From an uncultured virus (IMG/VR IMGVR_UViG_3300013123_000002) (Duplodnaviria; Heunggongvirae; Uroviricota; Caudoviricetes), in IMG/VR virus record IMGVR_UViG_3300013123_000002: a DNA stretch of 64,000 nucleotides; one strand, given 5' to 3'. Within the stretch, counting starts at the first letter, position 1. Each line of letters starts with the position of its first letter. Shown here in pieces: positions 56,165-64,000 of the stretch. The position numbers and the translations under genes were made by a program. The notes under the pieces were generated by a model. It saw only the letters and a list, made by a program, of their open reading frames with translations, was not told the DNA's origin and searched no databases.

Positions 56165-56392
56165 TCATTTTGCCCAATCGTAAGTCTTTCCGGTCAACGG
56201 ATTGTAGCTAAAGATTGCGTACTCAAGAAGGATGCGTTTCTTCTCTTTCTTCTTCTTTTTACGAGGAAAATTCTGAAGGTTTTTGTACTGATCAATAAGA
56301 TCGTCACACCTCTGCTTGTTTTTTTCTTCCATGTCGTGCATCATGTCCACAAACATGTAAGTGGTTCCCATCAGATAACCTAGAGCGCTCAT
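56165..56392 (-). CDS. hypothetical protein
   Basis: Start reassigned to MSALGY (ATGA overlap with the upstream small ORF). Confidence 0.6.
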   Translation of the reverse strand: MSALGYLMGTTYMFVDMMHDMEEKNKQRCDDLIDQYKNLQNFPRKKKKKEKKRILLEYAIFSYNPLTGKTYDWAK

Positions 56393-56550
56393 TTTTCTAC
56401 GATTTTGCAGTATTTCTTTTTGAATTTCACTGTGTAGGACCCCATCATGCTTGACCACACGCCTTTGTAAGAGTGTTTGAGTTCCTTATCGACCTTCATT
56501 CGCGAACCTTCCGGAATTCCATCGTGTTCTTTGATCACTTCTACTACCAT
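56389..56550 (-). CDS. 53-aa hypothetical protein missing from the ORF track
   Basis: MVVEVIKEHDGIPEGSRMKVDKELKHSYKGVWSSMMGSYTVKFKKKYCKIVEK; GTAGTATAAT upstream; stop overlaps the next ATG. Confidence 0.65.
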   Translation of the reverse strand: MVVEVIKEHDGIPEGSRMKVDKELKHSYKGVWSSMMGSYTVKFKKKYCKIVEK

Positions 56551-56621
56551 GTTGACACAATTTTTTTAGATGAACCTTAAGCTCACCTAAATTATACTAC
56601 AAAAAGGAAAAAATGGAATGG

Positions 56622-57185
56622 TTACTGCATGTTTCCAAGCTCTTCGTACTTGGCAAGGATCGTGTCGATAGCTTCTTTTCTACCGGGAGAAATGTTTGTT
56701 ATCATGTCTCCCAAATTGACCGAATTGTGATAGATCGAGTCAAATTCGTTGGAACTTATGATGCTAGGATCCTGTTTCTGCAGAGAGATGATGTCGACCA
56801 GCGTGTTGCTCAGCAGATCTTCTGCGCTGTGCAGATCTATTGCAGTTGGATCTTGCTCTAGGTAAGAAACGTAGCTTGTGATGTTATCTGCAAGGTCAGC
56901 TATCTCGTTACGTATCATCTTGTAGTCGACTTTGGAAGTCGGCGCACTGCTTTTCTTCAGCGAGAACACAGGAATCTTCACGATCTTCTGTTCAGCTCCT
57001 TCTAGCTGAACTCTTGCAAAGTCGCCAACGATTTCAAGCACTTGACCTTTACCTCTGTAAGAATCTACGTAATCCCTTTCACCTATTTCGTTAGGATCGG
57101 AACTGCTGGCTAGTTCAGCTTCTGGGTTTTCTAGAAAGCGGTCTGCGCTGAATTCTTCGAAGACCTTTACGTGTTTTCTTGGCAT
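56622..57185 (-). CDS. putative internal head protein
   Basis: HVKVFEEF N-terminus; late promoter at 57205-57211. Confidence 0.7.
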   Translation of the reverse strand: MPRKHVKVFEEFSADRFLENPEAELASSSDPNEIGERDYVDSYRGKGQVLEIVGDFARVQLEGAEQKIVKIPVFSLKKSSAPTSKVDYKMIRNEIADLADNITSYVSYLEQDPTAIDLHSAEDLLSNTLVDIISLQKQDPSIISSNEFDSIYHNSVNLGDMITNISPGRKEAIDTILAKYEELGNMQ

Positions 57186-57210
57186 AACTAAGGTAACTTT
57201 TTGTTATTTA

Positions 57211-58938
57211 TTACCTTTTGAATTCCACCTTTACTCGAGATCTGAATTCTACCGGAAATTGATCACCGGCTACTTGAAAAAGATCAGAAAAACACCCATC
57301 TACCAAATAAGTGACTGCCCAATCGTCCGGAGTTCGTATAGATCGGCCAGTTCCTTGTAAGACTGATATGGAAGTCTTCCAGTTGTACCATTTTTGCGAG
57401 AATTTGAGCTTTGCTGCAACGTACTTATCACCAAGGTGAGGGTAAGGTACCTTCATGAACACCTGAAACCGAGAAAGGTCGTCGATTAGGTTCAAACCTT
57501 CAAGCAGTGAAGGCCCCATGAGAACAGTTCCCCTCTTCTTCTTCATCTTCTTCAACATGACGTCCTTTTCCTCAGAACCTTTGTAAAGAAGGACCCTCTT
57601 CCTGACCTCTTTAGGAAGGGCCTGCCACAATTTTTGCCCAAGTTCATAAGAACCAGTGTGTATGATGCCTGAATCGTCTGGGTGTGTAGCTAGGATTTGG
57701 GATAGAGTCTTAACACCCCATTCGAAGTTATCTTCTAAGTGCCGAGCTGACATCTTCTTTCCTGGGTAGTAAATGATAGGTGAGTTATCCCACTTGAAGT
57801 GAGAATCCATCTTGAAGTACCTTGCGTTCTTTATTCCGTGATTCTTCATGAAATCGGTTGGGTTGCCTACTGTTGCTGTCATTAGCAGTTTGAACCCAAA
57901 CTGGTTGAAGAAGTGCTTTCCTAGCAAGTAGTATTCGTCGATGCAGTTGAAAGCTATGCTTTTCTCGCCTGGATTTTTTACCATCTTGCTGACTCCAACT
58001 TGGTCTATTATGTCGCAATAATCTTCTATCTTGCAGTGACAGTCCTTGCACCAGTCGTAAAGGTTGAACACTTTTATCCACTCTCGTGGCACATCTTCTT
58101 CGCCGAACTCTTTACCTGCAATCTCTCGAATATCACCGACTGAAGAAACCAAACTTTCGAGTATCTTTTCTACTTCTTTCATCAAAGTCAGAAGAACGTC
58201 GTGATCTTCTTCGGCATAGATGTCCTTGACCAACCGCTCTAGACGATTTATGTCGATCTTCGGTCTCTTCAAACCTATGTCGAACAAGCCGTCTGATAAT
58301 CTTTCGACTTTCTTGTAGATGTCATGCGAGACTAACGGGCTGAAGTGACCTTGAACGATGTCCAGTATCTTGTGAGCTTCATCACAGACTACAAAATCTC
58401 TCTTCGGAAACGGTGGAGTAGTCTGCTTTTCTTCGACGTAATTTCTTTGGATGAGCGCGTAAGGGTAGGTGAGAAGAGCTAACGGCGAGCGTATCGATTT
58501 TCTTCTTGCCATCAGATAGCCGCAGTGCTTGAAACACGGTAGGGATTCTGCCGCTTGGTACGACATTCCCTTGCTCTTGCAATCTCCGATCGAAAATCTT
58601 TCTCCGTTTACTGCACACGCGTAATTATCAACGCCCTTCACGTTTCCCCAGTTCCAAAGTTGCATTCTTCTGAAATCGTTGACGTACTGCTGGTGAAGGA
58701 CGAGATCCGAAGCGAGTATGTAGCCACGTTTTCCCTTGTGAATGAGAAAGTCAGCGGCTACCATAGCGATGATTGACTTTCCTGACCCAGTCGGAGCGTC
58801 CAACAGGTAAATGCCGTCCGGATCCTCAAAGTAGGCTTCGAGTATGTCGATTATGACCTCTTTTTGCTGAGGCCTGAACTGTAGTGTTGGGTGCTTTGTT
58901 TGAACGAACTGTTCGAACTCTTTTTTCAGATCCGTCAT
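57211..58938 (-). CDS. dinG: DinG/XPD-family helicase
   Basis: APTGSGKS, Cys cluster (C..C..C..C), DEAH, TAT, EGLN, KVPYP and QGTGRSIR motifs. Confidence 0.9.
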   Translation of the reverse strand: MTDLKKEFEQFVQTKHPTLQFRPQQKEVIIDILEAYFEDPDGIYLLDAPTGSGKSIIAMVAADFLIHKGKRGYILASDLVLHQQYVNDFRRMQLWNWGNVKGVDNYACAVNGERFSIGDCKSKGMSYQAAESLPCFKHCGYLMARRKSIRSPLALLTYPYALIQRNYVEEKQTTPPFPKRDFVVCDEAHKILDIVQGHFSPLVSHDIYKKVERLSDGLFDIGLKRPKIDINRLERLVKDIYAEEDHDVLLTLMKEVEKILESLVSSVGDIREIAGKEFGEEDVPREWIKVFNLYDWCKDCHCKIEDYCDIIDQVGVSKMVKNPGEKSIAFNCIDEYYLLGKHFFNQFGFKLLMTATVGNPTDFMKNHGIKNARYFKMDSHFKWDNSPIIYYPGKKMSARHLEDNFEWGVKTLSQILATHPDDSGIIHTGSYELGQKLWQALPKEVRKRVLLYKGSEEKDVMLKKMKKKRGTVLMGPSLLEGLNLIDDLSRFQVFMKVPYPHLGDKYVAAKLKFSQKWYNWKTSISVLQGTGRSIRTPDDWAVTYLVDGCFSDLFQVAGDQFPVEFRSRVKVEFKR

Positions 58939-58990
58939 TTGGAATTCTTTGCTAATTTTTACTAACCAATTCGATTGAGTTTCGAAAGGA

Positions 58991-59227
58991 TTAGCCGCAT
59001 TGATCTTCCTGGTCGACAGAATCTATTGGAAGTTCGAAGAATGGAGTTTTGTCGAAAATCTCGGTAAAAGCTTTTCCGCTAGGGCTTATACAGCCGTAAG
59101 TGTACTGCAAGTACTCAAAAACGGTCTCGCCTTTTTTGAAGTCTCTACCCAACCATGGGCATTCTTCCTGGGTCACATCTCGTGTGAGCTGGTATGCATG
59201 TGATCGTTGACTCATAGTTTTATTCAT
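58991..59227 (-). CDS. hypothetical protein
   Basis: 78 aa, ECPWL...TYGCI...PFFELP. Confidence 0.68.
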   Translation of the reverse strand: MNKTMSQRSHAYQLTRDVTQEECPWLGRDFKKGETVFEYLQYTYGCISPSGKAFTEIFDKTPFFELPIDSVDQEDQCG

Positions 59228-59261
59228 CTTTTATGGTACGGCCACAACCGTTCCTTGGTTC

Positions 59262-59296
59262 AAAAAAAGACCGGGACGTTTAGGGCCGTCCCGGTC
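59262..59296 (-). terminator. intrinsic terminator
   Basis: GACCGGGACG-N8-CGTCCCGGTC followed by T7 on the minus strand. Confidence 0.88.
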
Positions 59297-59316
59297 CAAA
59301 GAAAGGAGATGTATGA

Positions 59317-60867
59317 TTAAATCTGCTCAGCCTTTTCGGTCATTTCGAAAGTGAAGTCCAACTGGTGACCGTCCAGGAAGAGAGTGAGTTTGTTCTCGTC
59401 GAAGGTCTTGAACTCCTTGAACCATTTCTTCGAAAGGATGAGGGAGAACTTGGTCTTCGCGATTTCGCGTAGAGCTGCCCGACGAGCTTTGTTAAGTTCG
59501 TCAGACTTCGTGATGATGTAATTCTGAAGAGCTTTCTGCTGATCTTCCGGTTTCATGCTCATGAAGAGCGGAGAGTTGATCTGCTGGTTGTACTCTTCGA
59601 TAGCGACAGCCATTACCCATTCAGATGGTTTGGAGATAGGTCCTTTTGCTATGTTGGCAATCACGTCCTCAACTTTCGGTAAGGACGACAGACCTTTCAC
59701 CTTAGTGAACAGGTTGACTGACATGTAGAAGTCGGTGGATTCAGCGGCTGTCATTTTCGGAGCAAAACCGTTGTAGTCGGTGATGCCGTTCTGCTTTAAC
59801 CATTCTGCTGCTTCCTGACCGTAGGTGTCAGCGTACGATTTGCTTTCCTTCGGGAAGAGATTCTTCCTGTAGTAATCGTAAACTTTTTTGCGACCCTGAA
59901 GCTTGATCAGTTCCCATTCCTGGCGAGCCAGATCGTTAGCTGAACAGTTCTGGACCATCGCTCTGTTCACGAGAGGAAGGCTGCCAAGGTCAAGGATGAT
60001 GTAATCTTCCTGAATCTCAGCTGTGATTCCGCGGCTGAGCAGCAGGTCGTACAGTTCCTTCGTGTAATTCACCGGAAGTTTGGTGATGTTGAGAATACCG
60101 TCCTTGATGAGAGTGTAAGCTCTGTACTTGAACGATGGGACCGAAGTGATGTTGTGCTCATTAGCTGGCAGTTCAACAGTTCCTTCAATGCGACACAGAA
60201 CCGAAAGGTTTGCGCGACTCTCATTCCAGACAAGGCTGGTGAGAGCGTAACCAGGGTTCGGGTCGGTCTGAACGAACTTTGCTTCGATCTGTTCAGGTTC
60301 GCCGGCTTCGTTAACCGCGGTAACGCGCTTGCGGCCAATGCGGTTGTAATTGAATTCCGAGTGGCCAGGGAAGAATTTGTTGTCCATCTCGCCAAGGTCG
60401 TTGATCAGATCCATGACGCAGTACGCATGGTCGTCAACTCTGGTGATTGGGAAGACTCCTTCAGGGAACCTCTTCGTAACGTCAACGACGCATTCAGCCA
60501 CAGCAGCTTTGAAGGCATTGAGCTTCTGCTTTCCGAAAGCGTTTGCGAGCATGCGGTAGTGGTACGGGTCGCTCAGCATGTTGAACATCCGTTCGGCATC
60601 ATCGTTGAGAAGTTTGTCTGACAGGACGTAAACCGCTGCATAGAGGGCAGAATTGTCCGGAAGGACGGAGGTACCGAGAGGTTTGGATGAGAAGTAGTAA
60701 ACCTGGTCAACGTCTTCGCTCACCATGATCTTTCCGTTGTCAATGTTGTACAGGACAACACCACCGGACGGAGTGACTGAGAAAGCGAAATCGTAAAGGT
60801 CCGACTCAACGTCGACGACAACTTTCTTGCCACCGGTGAGACCGGTTGAGATCTTCTTGTCGAACAT
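59317..60867 (-). CDS. hypothetical protein, possibly 5'-truncated
   Basis: 516 aa with strong codon bias; coding-like frame continues upstream to 60897. Confidence 0.75.
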   Translation of the reverse strand: MFDKKISTGLTGGKKVVVDVESDLYDFAFSVTPSGGVVLYNIDNGKIMVSEDVDQVYYFSSKPLGTSVLPDNSALYAAVYVLSDKLLNDDAERMFNMLSDPYHYRMLANAFGKQKLNAFKAAVAECVVDVTKRFPEGVFPITRVDDHAYCVMDLINDLGEMDNKFFPGHSEFNYNRIGRKRVTAVNEAGEPEQIEAKFVQTDPNPGYALTSLVWNESRANLSVLCRIEGTVELPANEHNITSVPSFKYRAYTLIKDGILNITKLPVNYTKELYDLLLSRGITAEIQEDYIILDLGSLPLVNRAMVQNCSANDLARQEWELIKLQGRKKVYDYYRKNLFPKESKSYADTYGQEAAEWLKQNGITDYNGFAPKMTAAESTDFYMSVNLFTKVKGLSSLPKVEDVIANIAKGPISKPSEWVMAVAIEEYNQQINSPLFMSMKPEDQQKALQNYIITKSDELNKARRAALREIAKTKFSLILSKKWFKEFKTFDENKLTLFLDGHQLDFTFEMTEKAEQI

Positions 60868-60897
60868 CGGTTCGAACTCGTCGAAACCGTCGCAGTA

Positions 60898-61230
60898 TTA
60901 TACTACTTGGGGTGAAATTGTTTCACTTTCTGTTAACAATTGTTGGTGTTCAGACGCATGGTACCAGTACTTAGTTAGGTGGTCCTTTTCGAAATCTTCT
61001 AGAGGAACCCACACGTATGTTTCACAACTGTCGTCTCTGATATTTTCGGGAATGTTAACGAGTACTTGCCCGTTTTCATCCTTTCCGATTGCGTTCATTC
61101 CGCAGCCTTCGCACAGGACAGGAACGTAAGTTCCGTTTTTCAAAGAAGCAGCGGTTTCCCTGATGTTTATGTCAGGCTGTGTTTTATCTCCAAACGTTGC
61201 AGCTGAACACTGCGTGCAAAAATCAGCCAT
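60898..61230 (-). CDS. small Cys-motif protein
   Basis: MADFCTQC...LCEGCG. Confidence 0.7.
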   Translation of the reverse strand: MADFCTQCSAATFGDKTQPDINIRETAASLKNGTYVPVLCEGCGMNAIGKDENGQVLVNIPENIRDDSCETYVWVPLEDFEKDHLTKYWYHASEHQQLLTESETISPQVV

Positions 61231-61235
61231 TTGTT

Positions 61236-61742
61236 CTAGGTGTTTTTCATGATGCGCATCGCGTAGCTGTTGACTACTGGTGTGCCTGTGTTATAGTACC
61301 CAAGAGCGATGTCCCAACGCTTTGACATCTTGTAAAGGTACGCCATGTACTTCATTGAGATTTCAACGTTAAGCTCAAGGTCAGTAAGGAGTTGATCTTT
61401 CGTTACTCGTTCACCGTAAATGTAGGTTGCGGTTGATGGAAGTATCTGCATTGCTCCGCACGCCCCAGCGCTGGAAACTCTAGCTGGATTGTAGTCCCAG
61501 TGAAACGGTCCCTCGTACCCGGTTTCTGCTTCAGCTATTCCGAGTGCTATTTGAAGAGGTACCTCGTACTTTTCCGAGTATTCAACCAAGTAATCGTACA
61601 TTCTGATGCTTAGAGGTCCCTTGCTAATAGGCGTTCCAACCGTCTGTATCTTTTTTTGGGTTACTTTGGTCGTTTCATAAGACCAGACTGCGCCTAATAG
61701 CATTAGCGACGCTAGAAATATGATTAATTTCGCGCGTATCAT
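61236..61742 (-). CDS. membrane-anchored lytic transglycosylase (SLT)
   Basis: N-terminal TM helix; AET, SSAGACGAMQI and ALGYYN motifs. Confidence 0.88.
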   Translation of the reverse strand: MIRAKLIIFLASLMLLGAVWSYETTKVTQKKIQTVGTPISKGPLSIRMYDYLVEYSEKYEVPLQIALGIAEAETGYEGPFHWDYNPARVSSAGACGAMQILPSTATYIYGERVTKDQLLTDLELNVEISMKYMAYLYKMSKRWDIALGYYNTGTPVVNSYAMRIMKNT

Positions 61743-62071
61743 GGTTTTACTGCTTCCTGGTATTTTTGGTTAGCGTAAACGTTGAAGATTGCTGTACCAA
61801 CCGAATCGCAGTACACAGTGTAGTTTCCAGTAGAGCGATCTATGATCATGAGTTCGCTTTGTTCGTTCACCGCAACTGAGGTTTCTCTCAGAGTCTTAAC
61901 GTTTCCGAGAGGTGATTCTTGAACAGGTTTGTTGGTGAAAACATAATAGTAGTAACCGATGAAAAAACCAACTACTAGAACGATTGCTATTACTAGGGCA
62001 TTTCCTAGACCTTTGAATAGTTTCTTTACCCACTCTTCAGCATTTTGAAAAATTACTTTAGGATTGTCCAT
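61739..62071 (-). CDS. single-pass membrane protein coupled to the SLT
   Basis: TM helix; ATGA overlap with the SLT gene. Confidence 0.7.
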   Translation of the reverse strand: MDNPKVIFQNAEEWVKKLFKGLGNALVIAIVLVVGFFIGYYYYVFTNKPVQESPLGNVKTLRETSVAVNEQSELMIIDRSTGNYTVYCDSVGTAIFNVYANQKYQEAVKP

Positions 62072-62411
62072 TTCTTATTTTTGTTATTTGTTCTTCCGGC
62101 AGCATTTGGATGGCCGCTTCGACCACGGTCTTGAAGTCTTTTAGACCTATGACCATGAGCCGGCCTCCGTACTCGACGAATTCTTCGTCTTCGACGGAAC
62201 TAATTTCCGATCTGTGCTGATTTACGATCTGCTCAGCTAAAACGCGAGAGATCTCTGTGCGAACGAGCTCGTCGAGAGCGCGTTCTCCAAGGTTAGCCCG
62301 CTTTACAAGTTCCTTATCTATTCTGTACTTGCAAGTGTGAAGAGTGTTCCCCAGTTTGAATTGGCGAAACAACTTCATTATGGTTCTGTTAATAGTTTCG
62401 TCTTCGCACAT
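62058..62411 (-). CDS. hypothetical protein
   Basis: 117 aa; ATAAATA motif at 62462-62468. Confidence 0.65.
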   Translation of the reverse strand: MCEDETINRTIMKLFRQFKLGNTLHTCKYRIDKELVKRANLGERALDELVRTEISRVLAEQIVNQHRSEISSVEDEEFVEYGGRLMVIGLKDFKTVVEAAIQMLPEEQITKIRNGQS

Positions 62412-62475
62412 TAGTCGATAGTTTGGGCTAACCTACTAAAAAATGCGGTGATCGGTCTAGTTATTTATACTCCAA

Positions 62476-63447
62476 TTAGACGAAAGGTTTATCTGAGCTC
62501 CAAGCTATAGGTGTTGATCCAGCAGTAGTTACAGTCATTCCGATTGGACTGGAATCGGTTAGAAGAGAACCGTTGGTTGATGCTCTCAAAAGAAGGTGAG
62601 AATCGTAAGATATGTTCAATCCTGATGTCGGCGCAGAAAAGTTTTCCCAGTATTTTGCAACAGTTGGATTTACGTGAAAGTTGCTTATCAACTCGGTGAA
62701 GTAAGTGGTAGAAGCGTATCCAGGGTCGATTCCCAAATGCATAACAGTTTCAGTATCAGTGATGTTGTCCGGTATGTAAGCCGCTGCTCCAAGCTGAGTG
62801 TCGTTGTGAAATATCCTCACGTAATTCTTGTAACGGCATATCGCTATGTGGATCCACTCATCCTGCCAGGTAGGCAAGCCTCTGAATATGTACTGCCCGT
62901 TGTACCAAAAATAGATTGCTCCGCTTTTCGAGCTTGTGCCGAATCCTGAAGGCCATGCACCGAACTGAAATACTCTAGGAAAATCCGAACCTAAGCTCTG
63001 TTTCTGGAACCATTCAACTGTAAAATCATTCGTTCCTGGGAGAAGGTCGGTAGCGCTGGCTACTTCTCCGTAACACGTTCCAGTTCCAGTGAAGCTCATC
63101 GACCCGCTGACCTCGTAAGAAGTGTACAGGCTGTTGGTAGAAAGGAACGTGTCGAACCAGGGTATCGTTGTGCCAGGTTCCAATCCTGTGCTGCTCTTGT
63201 ATAGAGATTGTAGTAGCGAAAGGTAGCTAGCATCAGTCTTATTAGTGGACCTAAAGAATGTCGGTTCAGCTCCGTTCTACAAAGCTATGATGAACCCGGG
63301 TATCTCGTTTGGTTCCATGTACCACGTCAACCCACCAGGAAGTTCATCGTAATTAAGGTTCGGTTCGCCTATCGACATGTTGTAATAGGCTATCCCGCCT
63401 GCACCGATGTCTCCGATTGCAAAAGGTCTGGCTTGGTAAGTTGACAT
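62476..63447 (-). pseudogene. LamG/ConA-like domain virion protein interrupted by an in-frame TAG at 63277-63279
   Basis: ATG 63447 after late promoter 63466-63472, 56 codons, TAG, then the same frame continues into DFTVEWF...WIHIAICR LamG motifs. Confidence 0.7.
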
Positions 63448-63471
63448 GATCCGCTACTTTATTCTTATTTA

Positions 63472-63999
63472 TCAGTAGTTTGTGATCAGCTCGGTCCTGA
63501 AAATTAAACGGTCAGTTCCCTGTTCGGTCAGTTCTACCAAGTAGGTCTTGCGATTCTGTAAGTGAATTCCCCAGATGAAGAACAGCTGAGAGTTGAATAT
63601 TTCCCAACCACACCTAAATATTTCGGCATCATCGTCCTTCAGAATGACGTTTACTTTCGGTTCGATCCTTTTCTCCTTGAGAAACGATGTTTTTATCAGA
63701 ACAACGTCCTTCCCGTCGTACTCGACGATCATGTCGGTTTTATCAAGAACAGTAGAGCCGTAGGTGTCTTCGACTTGCTGAAAAACTTCCGGACTCTTGT
63801 AACCATGAAACACGTAAACGTCACGATCAGTTTTCGGAACGATTGCTTTGTCAGATATTGGACAGCAGTTGTAAGTGTAATTATCGTAAATGTTTAGGTT
63901 TATGTCGAACGATTCCTCAATGTCCACTACTGGGAGGGCTTTAGGGAGGTCGTACTTTGACAGTATGATGTTGAATGTGTCCTCATCGTGAAACTTAAA
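63472..63999 (-). CDS. glycosyltransferase-like protein, 5'-partial
   Basis: Frame open to the window edge: FHDEDTFNIIL...VFHGYK. Confidence 0.55.
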   Translation of the reverse strand, partial: FKFHDEDTFNIILSKYDLPKALPVVDIEESFDINLNIYDNYTYNCCPISDKAIVPKTDRDVYVFHGYKSPEVFQQVEDTYGSTVLDKTDMIVEYDGKDVVLIKTSFLKEKRIEPKVNVILKDDDAEIFRCGWEIFNSQLFFIWGIHLQNRKTYLVELTEQGTDRLIFRTELITNY

Positions 64000-64000
64000 G

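Larger units (their letters stand above)
10941..60923. promoter_or_regulatory. dispersed early/middle promoter motif AAAC-N16/17-GTA(T/A/G)AAT
   Basis: Plus: 26799-26825, 33282-33308, 37170-37197. Minus: 10941-10967, 58956-58982, 60897-60923. Confidence 0.7.
3127..63472. promoter_or_regulatory. dispersed T4-like late promoter (T)ATAAATA, 19 sites
   Basis: Minus: 3127, 6149, 9962, 10009, 23599, 26763, 31212, 37152, 44565, 45860, 45870, 53694, 54722, 57205, 62462, 63466. Plus: 32770, 39955, 40993. Each lies shortly upstream of a co-oriented gene. Confidence 0.85.

Noticed and set aside
57211..58938. KKEFEQFVQ at the DinG N-terminus as a capsid tag
   Set aside because: The gene has the AAAC-type promoter and the segment precedes the helicase Q motif, so it is probably a chance amphipathic helix. 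It also shows that the tag motif has some false-positive rate.
292..63897. Numerous antisense ORFs of 60-190 aa in the track
   Set aside because: They lie opposite well-supported genes and lack motifs, consistent with codon-bias shadows.
1..64000. Genome-wide TAG reassignment as in Lak or some crAss-like phages
   Set aside because: Long genes are intact in code 11 and several genes end in TAG next to the following gene or promoter. Only one internal TAG was seen.

Overview
This window is part of a large T4-like (myovirus-type) jumbo bacteriophage genome in the standard genetic code. The host is probably in Bacteroidota, inferred from a Bacteroidota-style lipoprotein, an outer-membrane beta-barrel gene and A-rich translation starts without Shine-Dalgarno sites. 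Virion genes include the major capsid, a prohead protease-scaffold fusion, portal, gp2, gp4, neck, tail tube and baseplate. Replication genes include UvsY/UvsW, the C-terminal half of a split family-B polymerase, primase and DinG. The window also carries nucleotide-metabolism enzymes, a glycosyltransferase/methyltransferase/carrier-protein island, DnaJ and an N-domain-less ClpC. The main observations are: (1) a T4 capsid-targeting-like motif (F/Y-x-x-F-x-x-E) in about 16 unrelated proteins, nearly all in ATAAATA late-promoter transcription units, including nucleotidyltransferase enzymes; (2) a Zn-ribbon gene bracketed by a structured GC-rich leader, 12-bp inverted repeats and 10-bp direct repeats; (3) a dCMP-type thymidylate-synthase homologue coupled to dCMP deaminase; (4) a baseplate protein with about 21 regular repeats that could act as a ruler; (5) two phage promoter classes plus a sigma54-like inverted pair; (6) an in-frame amber codon in a LamG gene and an apparently 5'-truncated gene. 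I found no tRNA, rRNA or CRISPR array by eye. All family assignments come from motif recognition, not database searches.
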